From positions 1 through 33,014 of IMG/VR virus record IMGVR_UViG_3300042935_000374: a stretch of DNA of 33,014 nucleotides, one strand, 5' to 3'. The position numbers and the translations under genes were made by a program. The notes under the pieces are model-generated. The model was not told where the DNA came from. It saw nothing but the letters and a program-made list of their open reading frames with translations, and did not search any database. This document shows, piece by piece, positions 16,638 to 25,982 of the stretch. The number at the start of each line of letters is the position of its first letter. Position 1 is the stretch's first letter. Source of the stretch: a virus. Lineage: Duplodnaviria; Caudoviricetes.

Positions 16638-17075
16638 GTGAGCATGACAGACGCATATAATCAGGATTTTGGGCTGAGCGAGGCTGCTCAGATTGCTAGG
16701 AGACAGAAGCGTTCTATTGCCAATCAGCAGGCTGCCATGTTGGGTCAGCAGCGTGGCTCACGAAACATCGCTGACATCACGAAGGCTGGCATAAAGGGGT
16801 TTAATCCTCAGGTTAGTGCTTATGGTCGCCGTGGTTTGGCTGGACCTAATGTGCAGTCTGGTATCGCTCGTAAGGGTTTAGAGGATTATGCGGCTGGTAT
16901 TCAAGCCCGTTTGGGTGCTGAACAGATGTCCATGCAAGATGAGTTGAATAAGATTGCTATGGATGAGTCCATGCAGCAGGATGATTTAAATGCTTATTTG
17001 GCTGAACAGCGTTTGCAGAAGCAGCGTGACATTATAAATGCCGCAACACAGTTGCGTGCTTTCAGTAGTTACTAG
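16638..17075 (+). CDS. Putative internal virion (ejection) protein, small
   Basis: Q/A-rich helical protein with YGRRGL..SGI. First of three genes of increasing size after the tail genes. Confidence 0.6.
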   Translation: MSMTDAYNQDFGLSEAAQIARRQKRSIANQQAAMLGQQRGSRNIADITKAGIKGFNPQVSAYGRRGLAGPNVQSGIARKGLEDYAAGIQARLGAEQMSMQDELNKIAMDESMQQDDLNAYLAEQRLQKQRDIINAATQLRAFSSY

Positions 17076-17082
17076 GAGCGTT

Positions 17083-18171
17083 ATGGGTATTATTTATGTG
17101 AATGGTCGTTTGGTTCGGGAATCGGATGAGCAGATAGCAGCCCGTATGTTGGCTGGCGCACAGCGTGGTGGCACAGAAGCCGCTAACCCGCAGTTTGACC
17201 GTCAGCGTATGATGGGTGCTAGCGAAATAAAGAACATGAAGAACGCTGGTTTGATTGGTTCTGAACCAACTCAGCGTATTGGTGCTACTGGTGCTAGAAC
17301 TTCTCTTAGGACTGGTAATACTGTTTCTGCACCTAAAACAGGTGGTGGAGGTGGTGGGGGAGCAGGTTCTGATGCTAAAGCAAAAGCGGATGCAGACAAG
17401 ACTTTGAAAGAGGCTCAGGACCGTGCGCTTGCTTATGCCTCTGGCATGCAAGCAATTGCAGATTATAAAGCAAGTGCTGAGGCTGCTAAAACTGCTGCTG
17501 AGGGTCGTATCGCTGATGTTTATGACCCACAGAAAACAAACATTGATGATGAACGAGCAAGACAGTTGGCTTTGCTTGAAACATTGATTGGGCAAGGACA
17601 AACCGATATTACTAAGGCTGAACAGGATTTCTTGTCAAGTGTTCAACCAACAAGCGCATACGCTAATACACAGTTTGTTAACATGCAGGCTTTGCAGAAT
17701 CCTTTGTTGGAGGCTTTGCGTCAGCAGGGTGCTGGTGAGGGTGCTGTGCAACAGCAGTCTGCTATGGACCAGTCGTTGAATAACTTTATGACGCAACTGC
17801 AACAGCAGTCTGCTAGTCGTTATGGTGATGTTCAAACAAACTTGTTGGAAAGTTTGCGTAACTCTGGTCGTGGTTCGGCTATGGCTGGTCGCCAATATTT
17901 GGGTCAGCGTCAACCTGAAATTTCTAGTGGTATTGAGTCTGCGTTTGGTAAGCAGTTGTCTGAGTTGGCAACTAATCGTGCTAATACTGAGGGTGACATT
18001 ATGGGTCAGTATGCTGATGCGTTGGCAAAGATTACCGAGATGCAGGCTGAAACTACAGCGAAGTATGCGCCACCACCTGAGAAGCCTGCTAAACCTAGCA
18101 CACCTGCTGGTCAAGGTATGCACTGGGAGTGGAGTGGTACTCAATGGGTAGCAACAAAGAATAAGAAATAA
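17083..18171 (+). CDS. Putative internal virion (ejection) protein, medium
   Basis: AGGAG SD before ATG 17083; A/Q/G-rich coiled coil. Confidence 0.6.
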   Translation: MGIIYVNGRLVRESDEQIAARMLAGAQRGGTEAANPQFDRQRMMGASEIKNMKNAGLIGSEPTQRIGATGARTSLRTGNTVSAPKTGGGGGGGAGSDAKAKADADKTLKEAQDRALAYASGMQAIADYKASAEAAKTAAEGRIADVYDPQKTNIDDERARQLALLETLIGQGQTDITKAEQDFLSSVQPTSAYANTQFVNMQALQNPLLEALRQQGAGEGAVQQQSAMDQSLNNFMTQLQQQSASRYGDVQTNLLESLRNSGRGSAMAGRQYLGQRQPEISSGIESAFGKQLSELATNRANTEGDIMGQYADALAKITEMQAETTAKYAPPPEKPAKPSTPAGQGMHWEWSGTQWVATKNKK

Positions 18172-18179
18172 AGGAAGTT

Positions 18180-21100
18180 ATGGCTGTAACCAGAGGTCCT
18201 TTATCCAATTTGCCTCCTGCTGTGCAGGGGAAAATTAATATTGGTAAAGCAATAGTTCCTTCTGCTCGTATTACTGCTGAACCAACACCTACGCCAAACA
18301 GGGATGACTTGGACAAGGCGTTGCAGTCGTCTTTGGAAAAGATTGCTTTAGATACAAAGATGACTCCTGAACAAAAGCAGGAGGCTGCTACTAAGGCTTA
18401 TCAGATTGCTAAGAAGGGTGAAAGCAAACCTAGTTTGTGGGGAAACATTAGTGGTGTTATTGGTACTGCTGCTAAGAAGGCTGTTATTGGTCCTGTTGCT
18501 GGTTTGGCTAATCAATATGCTGGTTTGATTAAACCTTTAACCAATACCTCTATGGCTATTGCTTCTGAGTTGAGTGGTTTACCTGATGCTTATGCTACTT
18601 TGCGTACAGAAGAAAAGCGTCTTGGTAAAAAAACTGGTGGTGTTGCTGTAACTATTGCAGATTTCCTTGGGTTGGATTATGGTTCTAAAGTTGACCCAGA
18701 GAAACAGGCTTACATTATAAGTCATCCAGAGGAGTTCATTCCTAGTTGGGAACGATTTAAAAAAAATGCTGCCTCTAAAGAACATTATAATCCGTTTTTC
18801 ACTGAAGGAAAATTTCAGTTTGATTCCACTGTTGACAAACTTATTAAAACGGTTTACTTTCAGGCTGTTGCTGACCCGTTAACTTATGCTGGTGTTGGTG
18901 CAATTGGTGCATCAGGTCGTGCGGGTCGCATGGCTTTAGCGGTTCGCTTGGTTGAAAAATATGGTGACGATGCTGTTGATGCTGGACGAATCATTCGTTA
19001 TGGTGCGTCAGGTGTACCTAAGGCTATTCGTGAAGCCGAAGGTATTGCTACTGGTATTCGTTATGCGGGGAAAATTGTTCCATACACAGGTGGTGTTGAA
19101 AAAGGTTTTGCTGGTAGTCGTGCGTTTCTTGGTGACATCGTTTTTGCTGGTAAAGGTATAGAAAACACTGCTGGTCGTATTGCAGCGAACCCTATTGGTC
19201 GTGCTTTGGAAACAATGATTCCTAGGTCGGTTAAAGGTGTTGAGGGTTTGCGTAGTGGCTTTGGTCGCACTATCACAGATAGTGCTTTGCTTAAACGGGA
19301 ACTTGTTCAGTTTGCGATGACAAAAAGTTATAAAGGTACTGTAAACAGTGCCGAGTTTTTGGCTAAACAATCGTTGATGGCTTTTGCTGACCGTCAAAAA
19401 GAACTACTTGGTCGTGGAACCGTAAACAGGGTTAAAGGTGTTGCTGGTGCTGTCCGAGATAAAGAAGCAGTAAACATTTACAAGTACCTTGAAATGCCTA
19501 AAGCAACTGTTGATGGTTTGACAACTATTACCCCTGAGTTAAAACAACTTGTTAGCGACATTCGTGATTGGCAGTCAACTTTGCGCCTCAGCGCAAACGC
19601 TGACATTGTTAAATTTGGTAATGACTTTGGAACAAACATTAAAGAAATTGGTTTTATTGATGATTATGTTCACCACAAACTTAGCAAGAAGGCTATTGAA
19701 TGGTTGAAGTCTGAGGCTGGTCGTAAAGGCGAAGGAAAACTTTATAAGTCCAGCGACATGTCTGCACGAGACTTAACAGAGTCAACTGGTGCAATTATGT
19801 TCCGTAAGTTGCGTGGAGAATATGTTGACCCCGACACTGGTCTTGTCCTTGCTGAGGAATTTTTTGGTGTACCAGTTCGCACTGGAAGTGTTGATGAAAT
19901 CAACCAAATATTTGCTAAGGCTGTTGGTGACCCTGATGCTAAATGGTTTGAAACCGACATGGTTTCAATCATGGACAGTTACTCGTATTCAATTAACAAG
20001 GTGCGTGGACGAGTAGCCGCTACCCGCAGGGCAATGGATTTTGGTGACGCTGATATTATCCAACCTTTGATTAAGAAGGTCATTCCTGATTCAGAGTTGG
20101 TTACTAAACTGGAGTTTGTGTATTCAAAGGTTTTGAAAACACAAACATTTTTGCGTAACCGTATTCAACAAAACAAAATTATGGCTACCGATTATGCTCG
20201 TTCTGGTGCTAATTATGCTAAACGATTTTTGTCTGGTCAGTTGAAAACTAAGGCTTTAACAACACAAGAAATCACTACTCTTAGTCGCCGTTTGGATGAA
20301 GCAATTGCACGGTTAACTCAGGCTAATGTTTCGGCTGCGACCAAGACTGTTGCTAAGCGTGGAGAGTTTACAACGATTCATTCTGTCCTTGTTGACGAGA
20401 TTGCCAACCTTCGTGCTGCCATAAACAATCCTGAGCGTTATGCCGCAACTATTGAGTTGCGGAACATTTACCTAGAAATTTTTCCTAATCATAATCCTGC
20501 TGCTTTGACTGGTAAAACTCCTGAGTGGTTGGCTGAAAAGATTATGAACTCTAAGGGTATGCCTGCTACCCGTGAGTTGCGTGTTGTCAATACTAAGATT
20601 CGTGAGTTGCGTGCAGAAATTGACGCTATACCTGATGGTCCTGAGTATGCAATACTTCGTGCGGAAAAGGCTGACGAATATTATCAACTTGAAAACATTG
20701 AGCAAGGTTTCACGACTATTGCCGAAACAAAAGCGAACGCCACATACGCAAACGATGGTTTGCTTTATGGCGATGCTGGTGATTTGATTGAACTTCCAGA
20801 GGAAGCGGGTTATAAAGTATTCCGCACTAAACCACGAGATGAAGGTTTTAATAACTTTGAATCATCTGTGGCAATGGACGCTGTTCCTGATACTGAACTT
20901 GTTGACTTGCGTAACCCTATTCAAGCACAAGAGTATTTTAGTCCTGACAGTTTTGGCGAGGACATGGGGTTTGCTTTAGCACAAAAAGGTTTGATGGTTG
21001 AGGGTGAGGAGTTCAGTGTTGCTTATCGTCAACTTGTTGAAACTGGTGAATATGACCCACAACTTGTAGAGTTTTATCCTGAGGTTGCAAATTTGGTTGA

Positions 21101-23579
21101 CACAGTATATTTCCACGCTAGGGCTATTAACCCTGCCGAGGCTGTTTCTGAGGAGGAAATCAAAGCAATCTTTAATGCTATTGATGAGCGTATTCGTTTG
21201 ATTCCTGAACTTGCTGACCCTGAAGATGTTGACATTTTTGCTAGGGAAGTTATGGAGGAACTTTGGGGTGCGAGTGCGTTTCGTCAAAGCACTAACCCAA
21301 ACAATAGTCGTAGAGGTTTGTTGGTTCCACGGGAACTTGTTGATGATATTGAAACTGTTGATGAGTGGGCTGTTATATTTCCTCATAATGAAACTTTTCC
21401 GCAGCCAAGCATGGGTCCGAGTGCGCCTGTAAAAACTGTTAAAGATAATGTGTTTGTTCAACGCATCCTTAGCGGTGAATATGAGGAGGCTTCTTTGGAG
21501 GTTTCGCTTGCGAAAGCCGCCAAGGAGGAGGAACTCATTGCGTTGGAAAGCGCACAAATGGGTTCTGCTACTGCACGGGCTGAACTCAAATCACTTAGTG
21601 GACGCAAAGGTGGGTTAACAGCCAGTGCCAATAGGCGTTTAAAGAAAACTGAAGCCGCTATGGAACAGTTGCGCCGAACAGATTCTATTGAAATCAATAT
21701 TGGTGGTGTGAAAACTACTTTGACTCGTGAAAATGCTCAGCGTGAACTGGTTCGTATGGAAAAGAAATATGAAACCGCTTTAACACAGTTAGATAAAGAG
21801 ATTGAATCTGTTTATGTTTCTGAGGGTGTTCCACGAATTGGTTCCAAGGGTGGGGCAAAGGTTGATGCGATTGGTGATTATAAAGAACGCATCGCCATGT
21901 TGATGAATCAGGCTAAGGTTTTGAAAAACTGGTCCAATACAACTGGTACTGTCCTTGCTAAAGATATTCAGGATTTGCATATTCTGTTGTCAGCCCGCCC
22001 ACCTAAAGGTGCGGCGGCTGGTGCATCGGCTGCTTGGGTGCGTAAAGTTGACCGTGTTCTTGCCAGCGTTGGCGGTATTCAGGACCCTGCGTTGCGTAAC
22101 GCTTATGACCGTGTAACAACATTGTTGTTGGCGGATGAAGCAAAACTTGCTGTGCATGAGGCTGTGACGATTCCACGAATTGAAGCAACTCTTGACATGA
22201 TGCGTAGTGGTTTGGTTGGTCGGATGATTGACGACACTCTTGAAGGGTGGGAGGAAATCGCCAACCTTGGTGTGATGATGCCTGAGGAAGTTCTTAAAGT
22301 TTGGAAACCAAACCTAGAGAAGTTGCGTAGCAACATCACAAAAAATCAATTCATTAAAGCATATGACTACAGCGTTGTGTTCTTTAAAACTTATGCAACT
22401 AGCACCGTTGGTTTCTTTATGCGTAACGGCATGTCAGCAACCTTTATGAATCATGTCGCTGGCGTTCCACTGAGCGACATTGAACTTGGGTTCCGTGCGG
22501 CTTATCGTTTGGGTCAAGGTGAGGAAGCATGGTTGAAGTTCTTGTCCAAGTATCCTCCTAGAGAACGAGCCATTATGGAGGAAGCATGGAAAGCAACCGC
22601 AGCAACTGGTCGTGGACAGTCAGATGACATTGCTAGTCCTGCTATTCGTGGGACTTTGGGGGAAAAAGTTTTGAACAACAAGGCAACAAAGTTTATTCGT
22701 TCAAAGAACGACTTTGTTGAACGGGCTGTGCGATACCCAATGGCTTTGGATTCCCTCAGGCGTGGACAAACTTTTGATGAGGCTGTGGTTCGTATTAACC
22801 GCTACCACTTTGACTATAGCGACCTGAGTGGTTTTGATGAGGGCGCACGCAAAGTTATCCCGTTTTGGATTTGGACTAGTCGGAATGTGCCGTTGCAGAT
22901 GGTTGAGCGTGTGGTTCATCCATCGGCGTACAGCATTTATGACAAAGTTACAGAGAACTCACCTGTTGGTGACAACATTATAATGCCGAAGTGGATTGCG
23001 GACTATAATCCGATTGCTATTGCTGGTCCGAACGGTGAGGGTGGGCAGTGGGTTTTGACACCTGATTTGCCGATGGTTCGTTTGGAACAACAGTTGCAAC
23101 AACTTACAAACCCTGAACGGTTGGTTGGTCAGATGGCTCCTGTTATAAAGTTGCCGTTTGAACTTATTGCTGGCAGGCAGTTGGGTATTGATGTTGGTCC
23201 GTTCAAGGAGAAGCAGTCCCCTGCTACTGGTGTGCTTGACAAAACGGTGTTACGCACAATTGCTAACGCAATTGGTAAGGACGCTCTTGTTGGTGTTGAC
23301 CCTAAGACGGGTGAACTGTTGTTGGATGAGCGTGTACCGTATGTTGCACAGAACTTGCTACCTGTGTTGGGACAGTTGAACCGTGTTACTGGTGGTGCTA
23401 CGGGCGGTAAAGGTTCATACAAGGAACGCCAGTTGGGTAACATTCTTAACTGGCTTGGTGTTCCTGCTCGTTATATTGGTCCACAGCAACAGGAATCCGA
23501 ATCGTATGGGCGCACAATAGAGTTGGCGCAATACTTGAAAGACCTTGTTAAAACAAACAAAATGAACCCTAAGAAGTAG
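18180..23579 (+). CDS. Large internal virion (ejection / polyvalent) protein, 1799 aa
   Basis: Last late gene. Contains DPLTY.G.G near the N-terminus and FDYSDL..PFW.W..N..P..K.P.E near the C-terminus, as in podovirus DNA-transfer proteins. Confidence 0.7.
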   Translation: MAVTRGPLSNLPPAVQGKINIGKAIVPSARITAEPTPTPNRDDLDKALQSSLEKIALDTKMTPEQKQEAATKAYQIAKKGESKPSLWGNISGVIGTAAKKAVIGPVAGLANQYAGLIKPLTNTSMAIASELSGLPDAYATLRTEEKRLGKKTGGVAVTIADFLGLDYGSKVDPEKQAYIISHPEEFIPSWERFKKNAASKEHYNPFFTEGKFQFDSTVDKLIKTVYFQAVADPLTYAGVGAIGASGRAGRMALAVRLVEKYGDDAVDAGRIIRYGASGVPKAIREAEGIATGIRYAGKIVPYTGGVEKGFAGSRAFLGDIVFAGKGIENTAGRIAANPIGRALETMIPRSVKGVEGLRSGFGRTITDSALLKRELVQFAMTKSYKGTVNSAEFLAKQSLMAFADRQKELLGRGTVNRVKGVAGAVRDKEAVNIYKYLEMPKATVDGLTTITPELKQLVSDIRDWQSTLRLSANADIVKFGNDFGTNIKEIGFIDDYVHHKLSKKAIEWLKSEAGRKGEGKLYKSSDMSARDLTESTGAIMFRKLRGEYVDPDTGLVLAEEFFGVPVRTGSVDEINQIFAKAVGDPDAKWFETDMVSIMDSYSYSINKVRGRVAATRRAMDFGDADIIQPLIKKVIPDSELVTKLEFVYSKVLKTQTFLRNRIQQNKIMATDYARSGANYAKRFLSGQLKTKALTTQEITTLSRRLDEAIARLTQANVSAATKTVAKRGEFTTIHSVLVDEIANLRAAINNPERYAATIELRNIYLEIFPNHNPAALTGKTPEWLAEKIMNSKGMPATRELRVVNTKIRELRAEIDAIPDGPEYAILRAEKADEYYQLENIEQGFTTIAETKANATYANDGLLYGDAGDLIELPEEAGYKVFRTKPRDEGFNNFESSVAMDAVPDTELVDLRNPIQAQEYFSPDSFGEDMGFALAQKGLMVEGEEFSVAYRQLVETGEYDPQLVEFYPEVANLVDTVYFHARAINPAEAVSEEEIKAIFNAIDERIRLIPELADPEDVDIFAREVMEELWGASAFRQSTNPNNSRRGLLVPRELVDDIETVDEWAVIFPHNETFPQPSMGPSAPVKTVKDNVFVQRILSGEYEEASLEVSLAKAAKEEELIALESAQMGSATARAELKSLSGRKGGLTASANRRLKKTEAAMEQLRRTDSIEINIGGVKTTLTRENAQRELVRMEKKYETALTQLDKEIESVYVSEGVPRIGSKGGAKVDAIGDYKERIAMLMNQAKVLKNWSNTTGTVLAKDIQDLHILLSARPPKGAAAGASAAWVRKVDRVLASVGGIQDPALRNAYDRVTTLLLADEAKLAVHEAVTIPRIEATLDMMRSGLVGRMIDDTLEGWEEIANLGVMMPEEVLKVWKPNLEKLRSNITKNQFIKAYDYSVVFFKTYATSTVGFFMRNGMSATFMNHVAGVPLSDIELGFRAAYRLGQGEEAWLKFLSKYPPRERAIMEEAWKATAATGRGQSDDIASPAIRGTLGEKVLNNKATKFIRSKNDFVERAVRYPMALDSLRRGQTFDEAVVRINRYHFDYSDLSGFDEGARKVIPFWIWTSRNVPLQMVERVVHPSAYSIYDKVTENSPVGDNIIMPKWIADYNPIAIAGPNGEGGQWVLTPDLPMVRLEQQLQQLTNPERLVGQMAPVIKLPFELIAGRQLGIDVGPFKEKQSPATGVLDKTVLRTIANAIGKDALVGVDPKTGELLLDERVPYVAQNLLPVLGQLNRVTGGATGGKGSYKERQLGNILNWLGVPARYIGPQQQESESYGRTIELAQYLKDLVKTNKMNPKK

Positions 23580-23823
23580 GGTCGTCTAAAGCCTGAGCGA
23601 GTTCGGTAATGATTTTACCGTACTCTTGCCATGACAATGCGAGTGCGGAAGGGTTTCCATACTTCGCTTCTGTCCATGCTTCAACTAGTTCTTTGGCAGC
23701 GAGTTTGCTGATTATAAATTCCATAACGAAACCTGTTTCGTTATCCTCTATCATCTGAGCAAATATACCTTCAAGTTCAGACATGTCATCTGGGTTGAAG
23801 TCTGGGTTATGATTTTTTGGCAT
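23569..23823 (-). CDS. Hypothetical acidic protein
   Basis: Starts MPKNHNPDF; its stop overlaps the convergent large gene. Confidence 0.55.
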   Translation of the reverse strand: MPKNHNPDFNPDDMSELEGIFAQMIEDNETGFVMEFIISKLAAKELVEAWTEAKYGNPSALALSWQEYGKIITELAQALDDPTS

Positions 23824-23950
23824 GTTTAACCAGCCATGCAACAGACACAGAGATATCCTCTACTCGCCTTATTGCTGTTTTAGGTGCGCCAGCCTGTTTT
23901 AGTTCCTCATGCAGGAGTGTCAGTTGTTCGTTCAGTGTCGTCAGATTCAA
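23807..23950 (-). CDS. 47-aa hypothetical protein (TTG start; not in ORF track)
   Basis: MNLTTLNEQLTLLHEELKQAGAPKTAIRRVEDISVSVAWLVKHAKKS fills an otherwise empty gap and overlaps both neighbours. Confidence 0.45.
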   Translation of the reverse strand: MNLTTLNEQLTLLHEELKQAGAPKTAIRRVEDISVSVAWLVKHAKKS

Positions 23951-24134
23951 CTTCTTTGATTTCGTCATATAATTTCCCTGCTAGGTATTCAATTTTTTCG
24001 GCTTCGGTCTTGTTGGTTTCAGAAGTAACATATATTAATGCCATGAGTGTTGAGATAATAAATTTTTCGTCAACAAAAATTTCTCCCCCACCAATCTCGT
24101 ATCTTGTTCCTGTTTCACCATATTTAGATGTCAT
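23907..24134 (-). CDS. Hypothetical protein
   Basis: GGAG SD before MTSKYGETG. Confidence 0.55.
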   Translation of the reverse strand: MTSKYGETGTRYEIGGGEIFVDEKFIISTLMALIYVTSETNKTEAEKIEYLAGKLYDEIKEVESDDTERTTDTPA

Positions 24135-24447
24135 ATTTTTCTCCCATTTTTTCAACGAATTTTTCGTTTTCCAATAATGCTTTCTGTAAATTTTTTAACG
24201 CTGAATCAACTTTTCTCCACGCATGCGACTTGGCTTTAATGCCAAGGTCGCTTGCAAGTTCTTGATATGTTTGTCGCAAATAGTATATGCCATGTAATGC
24301 GTCTTGGTCTGCTTCGCTTAGCGTGGACAGTGACTCTTGTATCAGTTCAATCAGTTCCCAATCGGTTTCATCATGTGTAACCGAAAACGGTTGCATCAAT
24401 AATTCTATTTCGGTTTTACCAGTTTTACTCGTTGGTTCGTACTTCAT
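24124..24447 (-). CDS. Stand-alone sigma-70 region-4-like HTH protein
   Basis: IQESLSTLSEADQDAL..Y....TYQELASDLGI...AWRKVDSALKNL matches the sigma4 pattern. At 107 aa there is no room for region 2. Confidence 0.7.
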   Translation of the reverse strand: MKYEPTSKTGKTEIELLMQPFSVTHDETDWELIELIQESLSTLSEADQDALHGIYYLRQTYQELASDLGIKAKSHAWRKVDSALKNLQKALLENEKFVEKMGEKYDI

Positions 24448-24904
24448 CGTATTCCGTGTTAATCATCATGTCCATAACATCCTCAGGTTCCAGCAAATAT
24501 CCTTTTGACGGGTTGCTGGAGGACCATGCGAAAGAGTGGTATTTCTTTGGATTAAATCTCTCCTTGTTGGCTTTTAGGTATCGTTTGATTCTGTCCGTGC
24601 TAACTATCACAAAGGAGCCATCCAAGGTATAAACATATACCCACCATTTTGCTTTTGTTATGGCAAGCCCCGAAGGGGTCCATAACGGTTTACCCTCATC
24701 ATCCAGTTTCTTGCGTGGATTATGAGTCATCTCTAGGACCATACGCCCGTTGCGGTATCGGTCTGTTTTAACTTCAAAGGAACCATCAGACATGGCATCA
24801 AGGAAATCCTCTACAAGTTTTTCACCTTTTTTACCGAACTTTAGGTCGGTATGGAAGTCAAACTTGCGGGCTGGAATATCATAATCTGATTGGTTTTTGC
24901 TCAT
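24425..24904 (-). CDS. PD-(D/E)XK / restriction-endonuclease-like fold protein
   Basis: G..GE.LV..F, FEVKTD, and PSGL..T.A.WW.Y. Confidence 0.55.
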   Translation of the reverse strand: MSKNQSDYDIPARKFDFHTDLKFGKKGEKLVEDFLDAMSDGSFEVKTDRYRNGRMVLEMTHNPRKKLDDEGKPLWTPSGLAITKAKWWVYVYTLDGSFVIVSTDRIKRYLKANKERFNPKKYHSFAWSSSNPSKGYLLEPEDVMDMMINTEYDEVRTNE

Positions 24905-25398
24905 CGCTTTTCTGCTCTGACTACAATTACTTGTTTGTCATCCAGCCATGCCACACCATTAAGACCGTCCATCAATAGTTTGACATAGTTATCTATGTCG
25001 CCACGCAATTTTGATTGCGTTCCTTCTACTGGTGTAACGATTACTGTTGTTCCTTCGGGTGTAAAAACACAGTCAACCTCTACTAAACCTTCATACTTTG
25101 GTCCGTTCCACGCTTGTGCTATGATTGCTTCTGCTTGCAATGTGGTTGCTGGAGTGAACACACGACCATAACGGGTCATCCGTGGACGACCTTTTGGTGT
25201 TGGCTTGGAGTCAACTTTAAGTTTGTGCGCTTTGTTCTGACCTTTCTTAATGGTCTTGCGTACAGCCTTGGGGTCAACGGTTTGTATTTCTACGGTTCCG
25301 TCAGCCTTCGTTACTTTAATTGGTCCAGCCTTCGGTATGATGGCGGCTTTCTTTTTTTGTACTTGTTTATAACGCTTCTTAGAGTATTCTATTCCCAT
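24901..25398 (-). CDS. rusA: RusA-family Holliday junction resolvase with basic N-terminal extension
   Basis: P.PK.RPR, DIDNYVKLLMDGLNG.AW.DD.QV. Confidence 0.85.
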   Translation of the reverse strand: MGIEYSKKRYKQVQKKKAAIIPKAGPIKVTKADGTVEIQTVDPKAVRKTIKKGQNKAHKLKVDSKPTPKGRPRMTRYGRVFTPATTLQAEAIIAQAWNGPKYEGLVEVDCVFTPEGTTVIVTPVEGTQSKLRGDIDNYVKLLMDGLNGVAWLDDKQVIVVRAEKR

Positions 25399-25982
25399 TA
25401 TGGTTTCGCAGTCTGTATGAAAGTGTGGAATGGTGCGCCTGAACCGCTATCAAACTTTGTGGAAACTGTTAACGATTTAAGCAACAACTGTTTAGCATTT
25501 GCTTGTACGACACGCTTCCCGTTTGTGTAAGCCTGCAATGCACCTAAACCAAAGTGTCCACCTGAACCGATTGCATACAGGTTGCATGTGTCTGTTTCTG
25601 TTCCATAATCCTCATCAATTTGAAACACTGTGCCATTAGCGCAAACGAGTATCTCGTTTGCTGATTGCGCTGGCTGGTCATCGTATTGTGGTCTGCCTGC
25701 ACCATGTGCTTCTAAACATTCTTTATAGGCGGGGACAAAGTGTGACACCATAAACTTCACGAGTTTTGCGCCAACAAGTTTGGGTGGGAGTACTGGTGGG
25801 TTGAACGCATGTTGAATCACATTCGCACCACGGGTGTCTCCTGCTACGCCAATCAGATATTTGCCTACGGCAACTACTTTGGGTTGGTTCATGCGTCCGA
25901 CACGGTTGTAGTCATCTGTCCATTGTGAGTCGGAACCGATTGCACAGTAGTCCTCACCTTGGATTGCAAGTATTGTTGTCAT
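25398..25982 (-). CDS. HslV/proteasome beta-like Ntn threonine peptidase
   Basis: N-terminal MTTI, GSDSQ, conserved Lys (QPKVV), IGVAG, and YAIGSG..GLGAL. Confidence 0.85.
   Translation of the reverse strand: MTTILAIQGEDYCAIGSDSQWTDDYNRVGRMNQPKVVAVGKYLIGVAGDTRGANVIQHAFNPPVLPPKLVGAKLVKFMVSHFVPAYKECLEAHGAGRPQYDDQPAQSANEILVCANGTVFQIDEDYGTETDTCNLYAIGSGGHFGLGALQAYTNGKRVVQANAKQLLLKSLTVSTKFDSGSGAPFHTFIQTAKP

Noticed and set aside
20976-21557. 193-aa minus-strand ORF inside the large virion gene
   Set aside because: It is an antisense shadow with no convincing start signal or domain pattern.
18180-23579. 1799-aa protein as a virion-encapsidated RNA polymerase explaining the compact promoters
   Set aside because: I could not find a DxDGD motif or T7/N4-type motifs A/B/C by eye, and its ends resemble DNA-ejection proteins. 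A structure search would be needed to exclude this fully.
23560-23590. Bidirectional terminator at the late/early convergence
   Set aside because: The two stop codons overlap within 11 nt and no hairpin is evident.
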